From NCBI RefSeq assembly GCF_009914755.1, contig NC_060933.1: a DNA stretch of 64,000 bases; one strand, written 5' to 3'. Shown here one piece after another: positions 58,565 to 64,000 of the stretch (the first letter of the stretch is position 1; every line of letters begins with the position of its first letter). The DNA is from the human T2T-CHM13v2.0 reference genome, Homo sapiens. Made by a program: the position numbers and the translations under genes. The notes below the pieces were generated by a model. That model ran no database searches, had not been told where the DNA came from, and saw only the letters and a list, made by a program, of their open reading frames with translations.

Positions 58565-60940
58565 TTGTAGTGTCCTTTTCTGTCCTTGTTATCAGGGTAA
58601 TGCTGGCCTCATAAAAAATGTTTGGAAGTGTTCCCTCCTCTTCAACTTTTGGAAGAGTTTGTGAAGAAATGGTATTAATTCTTCTTTAAACATTTGGTAG
58701 AATTCTCCACTAAGCTATCTGGTCTTGGATTTTCCTTTTTCAGGAGCTTTTTGACTACTGACTCAATATTTTTACTCATTATTTATCTGTTTTTATTTTC
58801 TATTTCTTCATGTTTCAGTCTTAGTGGATGTATGTTTCTAGAAATTATTCTAAGTTAAACAATTTGTTGACACATAGTTGTTTAGAGTAGACTATTATTA
58901 TCCTTTGTATTTCTATGGTACCAATTTTAATATCTCCTTTTTTGTTCTAATTTTATTTACTTAAGATTTCTTTTTTCTTAGCCTAGTGATAGGTTGGTCA
59001 ATTTTTATTATCTTTTCAAAACATCAGCTCTTCGTTTCATTGATCTTTGCTATTGTTTTTCTAGTCTATTTCATTTATTTCTGCTATGATCTTTGTTATT
59101 TCCTTCTTCTAATTTTGGGCTTGATTTTTTTTCTCTATTTTTTGAGGTTTATTTGAGATCTTTTTTCTTCATTTAGCACTTATCTGTATAAACTTCCCTC
59201 TCTTAGAACGGCTTTTGCTTCATCTCATCAGTTTTAGTATGTCGTGCTTTCATTTTAGTTTGTCTCAAGATATTTTATTTCTTTTTTGATGTTTTCTTTG
59301 ATCTACTGGTTATTCAGGAGTGTGTTGGTTGATTTCCACATATTTGTCACTTTTCTAAGTTTTCTCCTGTTTTTAATTTTCAGTTTCATGCCACTGTAGT
59401 CAAAAAGAATACTTGGTGAGATCTCAATCTTCTTAAATTTGCTAAGACTTGTTTTCTGGCCTAATATATGACCTATGTTGGAGAATGTACTGTGTATGCT
59501 CGAGAAGAATGTGTATTTTGCTGTTTTGGAAAGGAATGTCATGTATATGTCTGGTCCATTTGATATATAGTGTAGTTCAAGTCAGCTGTTTCCTTACTGA
59601 TTATCTGTCTGAGTGATCAATCCATTGTTGAAAGTGGGACATGGAAGTCCCCTACTGTTATTGTATTATTGTTGTCTACTTCTCTCTTCAGATTTGTTAA
59701 TATTTGCTTTATATAATTAGGTGCTCCAATGTTGGGAGATATATATTTGCAGTAGTTATATCCTCTCAATGAATTGACCCTTGTATCATTCTATAACGAC
59801 TTTGTCTCTTGTTACAGTTTTTGACTTAAAGTCTATTTTGTTTGTTGTAAGAATAGCTACTCTGTCTTTTTTTGTTCCCTCTCTTTCAGTCTATGTGTGT
59901 CTCTAAAGGTGAAGTGAGTCTCTTATAGGTGGCATATATTTGGTTCTTGTTTTACTATCCATTCAGCCACTCTGTGTCTTTTGTTTCACTAATTTGGTCC
60001 ACTGATATTTAAAGTAACTATTGATAGGCATTTTGTAGTTTTTTTGTTCTTTTATTTCTCTCTTGCTGTGCATGATTTGATTACGTTGATTATTTTCTGT
60101 AGTGGTATACTTTGATTCTTTGCTGTGCCTTTGTATTAATTCTTTTTTAAACATGTGGTAAAATTCTCATTTGTGTATCTGTTACATGTTTTGTCTTTGT
60201 GTTTATCATGAGGCTTACATAAAACATTGTATGCTATCGTGTGCCACACAAGGATGTTTTGGTCAATGATGGGCCACATATACAATGGTGGTCCCATAAG
60301 GTTATAAGATTTTTATTGTACCTTTCATATGTTTAGATACATTAGATACACAAATGCTTATGATTATATTACAGTTGCCTATAGCATTCAGTATAGTACA
60401 ATGCTGTACAGATTTGTAGCCTGGAAACAATAGGTTATACCAAATAGCCCGGGTGTGTGTTAGGTGGTATTATCTAATTTTGTGTAAGTATACTCTATGA
60501 TATTCACACCATGACAAAATTGCATTATTCAGGACATGTCCGCATTAAGAAATGCATGATTGTAGTTATAATGGTCTATTTTAAGTTGATAACAACTTAA
60601 CTTCAATCATATACAAAAACCCTACACTTTACTTCCCTCCACTTATGTTTTTTGATGTCAGAGTTTCTTTCTTTGTATATTTTGTAATTATATTTATTTG
60701 TAGTATTTTTTGTCTTTTAACCTTTTAAAAGTTAAAGTGATTATACTCCATCATTACAGTATTAGGAGTATTTTGAATTTGACTGTACAGTTACTTTTAC
60801 CAGTGACTTTTTATAACTACATATGGTTTCATGATACTAATTAGTCTTGTTGCATTTCAGTTTGAGGAACTCCCTTTAGGGTTTCTTATAAAGCAGATCT
60901 AGTGACAGTGGACTCCCCTAGATTACTTTGGGGGGTTTCT
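58565..60940 (-). mobile_element. L1MA-type antisense ORF2 EN/inter-ORF region, interrupted by Tigger3
   Basis: ORF 59303-59542 (TAKYTFFSSIHSTFSNIGHILGQKTSLSKFKK) is L1 EN. Confidence 0.85.
60236..60563 (+). mobile_element. Tigger3/MER7-like non-autonomous DNA transposon
   Basis: TTTGGTCAATGATGGGCCACATATACAATGGTGGTCCCATAAG...TTAAGAAATGCATGATTGTA. Confidence 0.75.
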
Positions 60941-63900
60941 GAAAGAGTCTGTAAGTCCTAGCCAGAGCAATTAGGTAAGAAAAAGAAATAAAAGGCATCC
61001 AAATTGGAAAAGAAGTGAAAGTGTCTCTATTTGAAGATGACATGATCTGTATAGAAGTGGAATAAAGAGTAGCTGACAACAATGCTGAAATAGTTACACA
61101 TGAAGTTTTAATGAGCTATTTCATATTAAGATACATATTGAGAATTCAAACCAGAGAGACCAGTTAATTGATATTTTCCCAACTCTGTTTTAGGGTGATC
61201 ATAGAAATGATATCCACAAGTTAGTCACAGTGGCCTGCATCCATTTCGATATATCAGTGATGTATTTTGATTGGCCAGTGATCACCCATACTGACTGTTA
61301 AATATTTTTGTTATCACTCCTATGCATGGTGAATTTGAGTTCTGGTTTTCTTTAGCCTTGTGTTATTTATGTGTAAAGTTGGATTATGGAAGGCAAAGAA
61401 TCTCTCGTGTGTCATTCACGCTCAAGTAAATGGCAGTGGGGTAGGGATGTAAATGAAACTGCGTGATAAGCCCTGCAAGTCATTCTGATGTATCAATTTT
61501 GCTTACTGGTGTTTAATTGCAGACATTGTCATATTAATGCAACCACTAATACATTATGGAGTAAGATGCAAAAATCACATGAGTCTTAAGAGAAAAGAAA
61601 TGTGCTTTCTATGGTGGGCCCCTTTTGTATTATTCTCTAACTTCTTATTTTATACCTCTACTATTAGAGAAATTTCAGTAGAAAATCGTGAGGGGCACCG
61701 TTTTAGAGTTTTTGTTGTTATAGGTATGCTTTTACTACAGCTAGGTCCCCTTGTACATCTTTATGTTCTTTGGCAGTCTAGAGAACCAGAAGAGCAAACT
61801 CTATGAGATAGAAACTCTAAGAATTTATTTACCTCCAGCATCCCTTCTCTTCTTTCATTAAACTGAATTTGTGGCCAACTCAAAGACTGACAATTTATAC
61901 TATGGTTTTTATGTTTTTATATTATAATTTATATTATGGCTTATGTCAAAATGTTTTGTTCACTGCTTTGAAAGTATCTTTTGTTTACTTTTGTTATTTC
62001 ATATTTTAATTTTTTCCTTTCTAATTGTTAGAAACTCATGTATTTTATCTTTCAAAGAAAATTTTTTAAAAGGCTTACTCTGCTTATATGTATATTTTGC
62101 ACAAAGCTTTCCATTCATAAACAAAAGGTGAATAGGAATCAGAATTGAAAACTACGTAATTTCTTTTCTCCTTTTGAGTCAAATCATCACAGTATAGATT
62201 AGTCATTGTGTATGAAGTGCATTGCCAATACATAGTCACATTTGTGTAGAAATGTAAAGGCTATATCTCAATACAAATCAAAAACCAAAAAATGCAGAAG
62301 ACCATTAGCTAATAATACTAATAATCTAGTATAGAAAGCATGTGCCAACTGATCTAGACTCTTGTGACAGTTGTATATCTACCCAGCTGCATGACCTGAG
62401 GTGTATCAAAATCTTGATTTCCTAGACTACAAATGAGTAAAAGGGATGGAGGCCCCTTACAGTTTTAAGATTCTAGAATTCTAAGTGTGTGTAACTAGAG
62501 CAAATTTTATTTTCTAAAATTTGCATAATAAATTTAAAAATAGGAGAAAAACAAATAATTAAAGTACATATTTCTAGAAATCTTTTTTAGGTGACTTATA
62601 CTACCAGGAATGGATTTACCACTAAATATTGGTTTTGCCTAATTCAGCATTGCTATGTAATTTGATGGAAGTATAACTCCATAGACAAAGAGATTTGGTC
62701 CTAACATAGCTTGTATTTTATATGTATATACACTATTTCTATTTAAATTTCTGTGTAGTCATGTTTTACCCTTTTAAAATGAAGATTAGTTTTATTATGT
62801 ATTTTCTTTTGTCTATAAACATTCAATGAATTCACACTGAAAACTGATTATGAACAGATAGTCTGCTAGGCACTAAGGAAACACATACGAAAAACTAAGT
62901 CCTCCTCTGCCCTCAATATGCTCACAAGACTACAGTTACTGAAGCCTGACCTCAAAACCTAGCTAGCAAAGTCCTTGAATCAGGTGATAGTTCAGAATAC
63001 CATTCGTGCTCTCTCCCAAGAGTATATCTGAGGAAGGGCAGTTCTTTCTAGTTTTCTACATCCTGGTCGTATAGGTCAACCACAGGAAAATTAAATGAAT
63101 CTATTGTTTTGGTGACCTAGCCTTTTCATATAACTCTCATCTATAAATGTATTACCAAATACTATTTATGTAAAGGGACTTGTATGACAAATATTTTGAA
63201 ATTAAAACCACAATGGTTAGCATAGCTTTTAAATTAGATAGATGTTGACCTCCCATTGGTAAACATATAAAGTGCTACCAAGATCTGCCAATGACAGACT
63301 TTGGAAGTGGAAATTCATCTTTGTAATAATCCTGTTATCTGTAGGCTGACTTCAAACCTTCATAACATTCAGGGCCCCTTATTCCTAACTGTATCTTCTA
63401 TTTTGGGCATTGTGCTCTTGCCATCTAACAGGAAAACAACTTTCAGTGCTGCCACCTTTTGAACAGGAGAGATTTCTAGAGATTAGAAAATTACTAAATT
63501 TAAATATACATAGTTTTAAAATATGATACTTTTCTACCCATGCATTCAAATATATTCTAACTTTAAAATCCTGTAAATACTTATATTTGTAATGATTTTA
63601 CTTATATGATCCAATTAATTGGCAAGAATATGTGGTGAAAGATTTTTTACATGTTTGTATTGTTCTGTGTGAGACATCTATTGTAAGCATTGCTTCAGGC
63701 CCTCATTTTTGTCTGCCTTCCAGGATTTGCTGGCCCAAGTGCTGTGTGCTAGCTTAGTGTCAGTCACAAAGGGGAGGGAAACTTGCAGTTGAGCCAGACA
63801 GTTTTGTTATTCCTTTAAAATTAAAAGCATATGAAACAGATACATCTTATTAAGGTTTTTTTTATAAATAACATAAACTTAAATAACAAAACAATAAGTT

Positions 63901-64000
63901 CAAAAACAACTTAATATAGAGTTTAATGCAGTAACCATAGGAAAAAAGCGTGATTATTTGTGGGAAGAACATTATTAAAAGCCATATTCCCAAATATGAA

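Noticed and set aside
63700-63800. Acceptor TTTTTGTCTGCCTTCCAG as exon 2 of the 56.7-kb transcript
   Set aside because: There is no clear donor or homology, and such motifs are common by chance.

Overview
Primate (human-like) genomic DNA, not microbial. Much of the window is interspersed repeat: about 20 Alu/FLAM copies, old L1M/L1P fragments, MaLR LTR elements (THE1, MST, MLT1), two MER52-family solo LTRs, an ERVL pol fragment, and MER2/Tigger DNA transposons. I find no intact protein-coding gene, RNA gene, CRISPR array or operon-like system, and almost all ORF-track entries are repeat-derived. The main non-repeat signal is an old unprocessed CNTNAP3/CNTNAP4-like (Caspr family) pseudogene fragment. 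It has five consecutive decayed exons on the minus strand (29862 to 19806; LamG end, EGF, LamG), most with intact splice sites, and the ORF track shows parts of only two. There are also two CpG-rich promoter-like islands (about 38.7-39.6 kb and 56.6-57.3 kb), two orphan non-repeat inserts, an Alu-Alu gene-conversion tract, and several small templated or fold-back insertion scars. The mosaic resembles a pericentromeric segmental-duplication region (inference). Repeat subfamily calls and homologies come from memory of consensus and protein sequences, not from searches.
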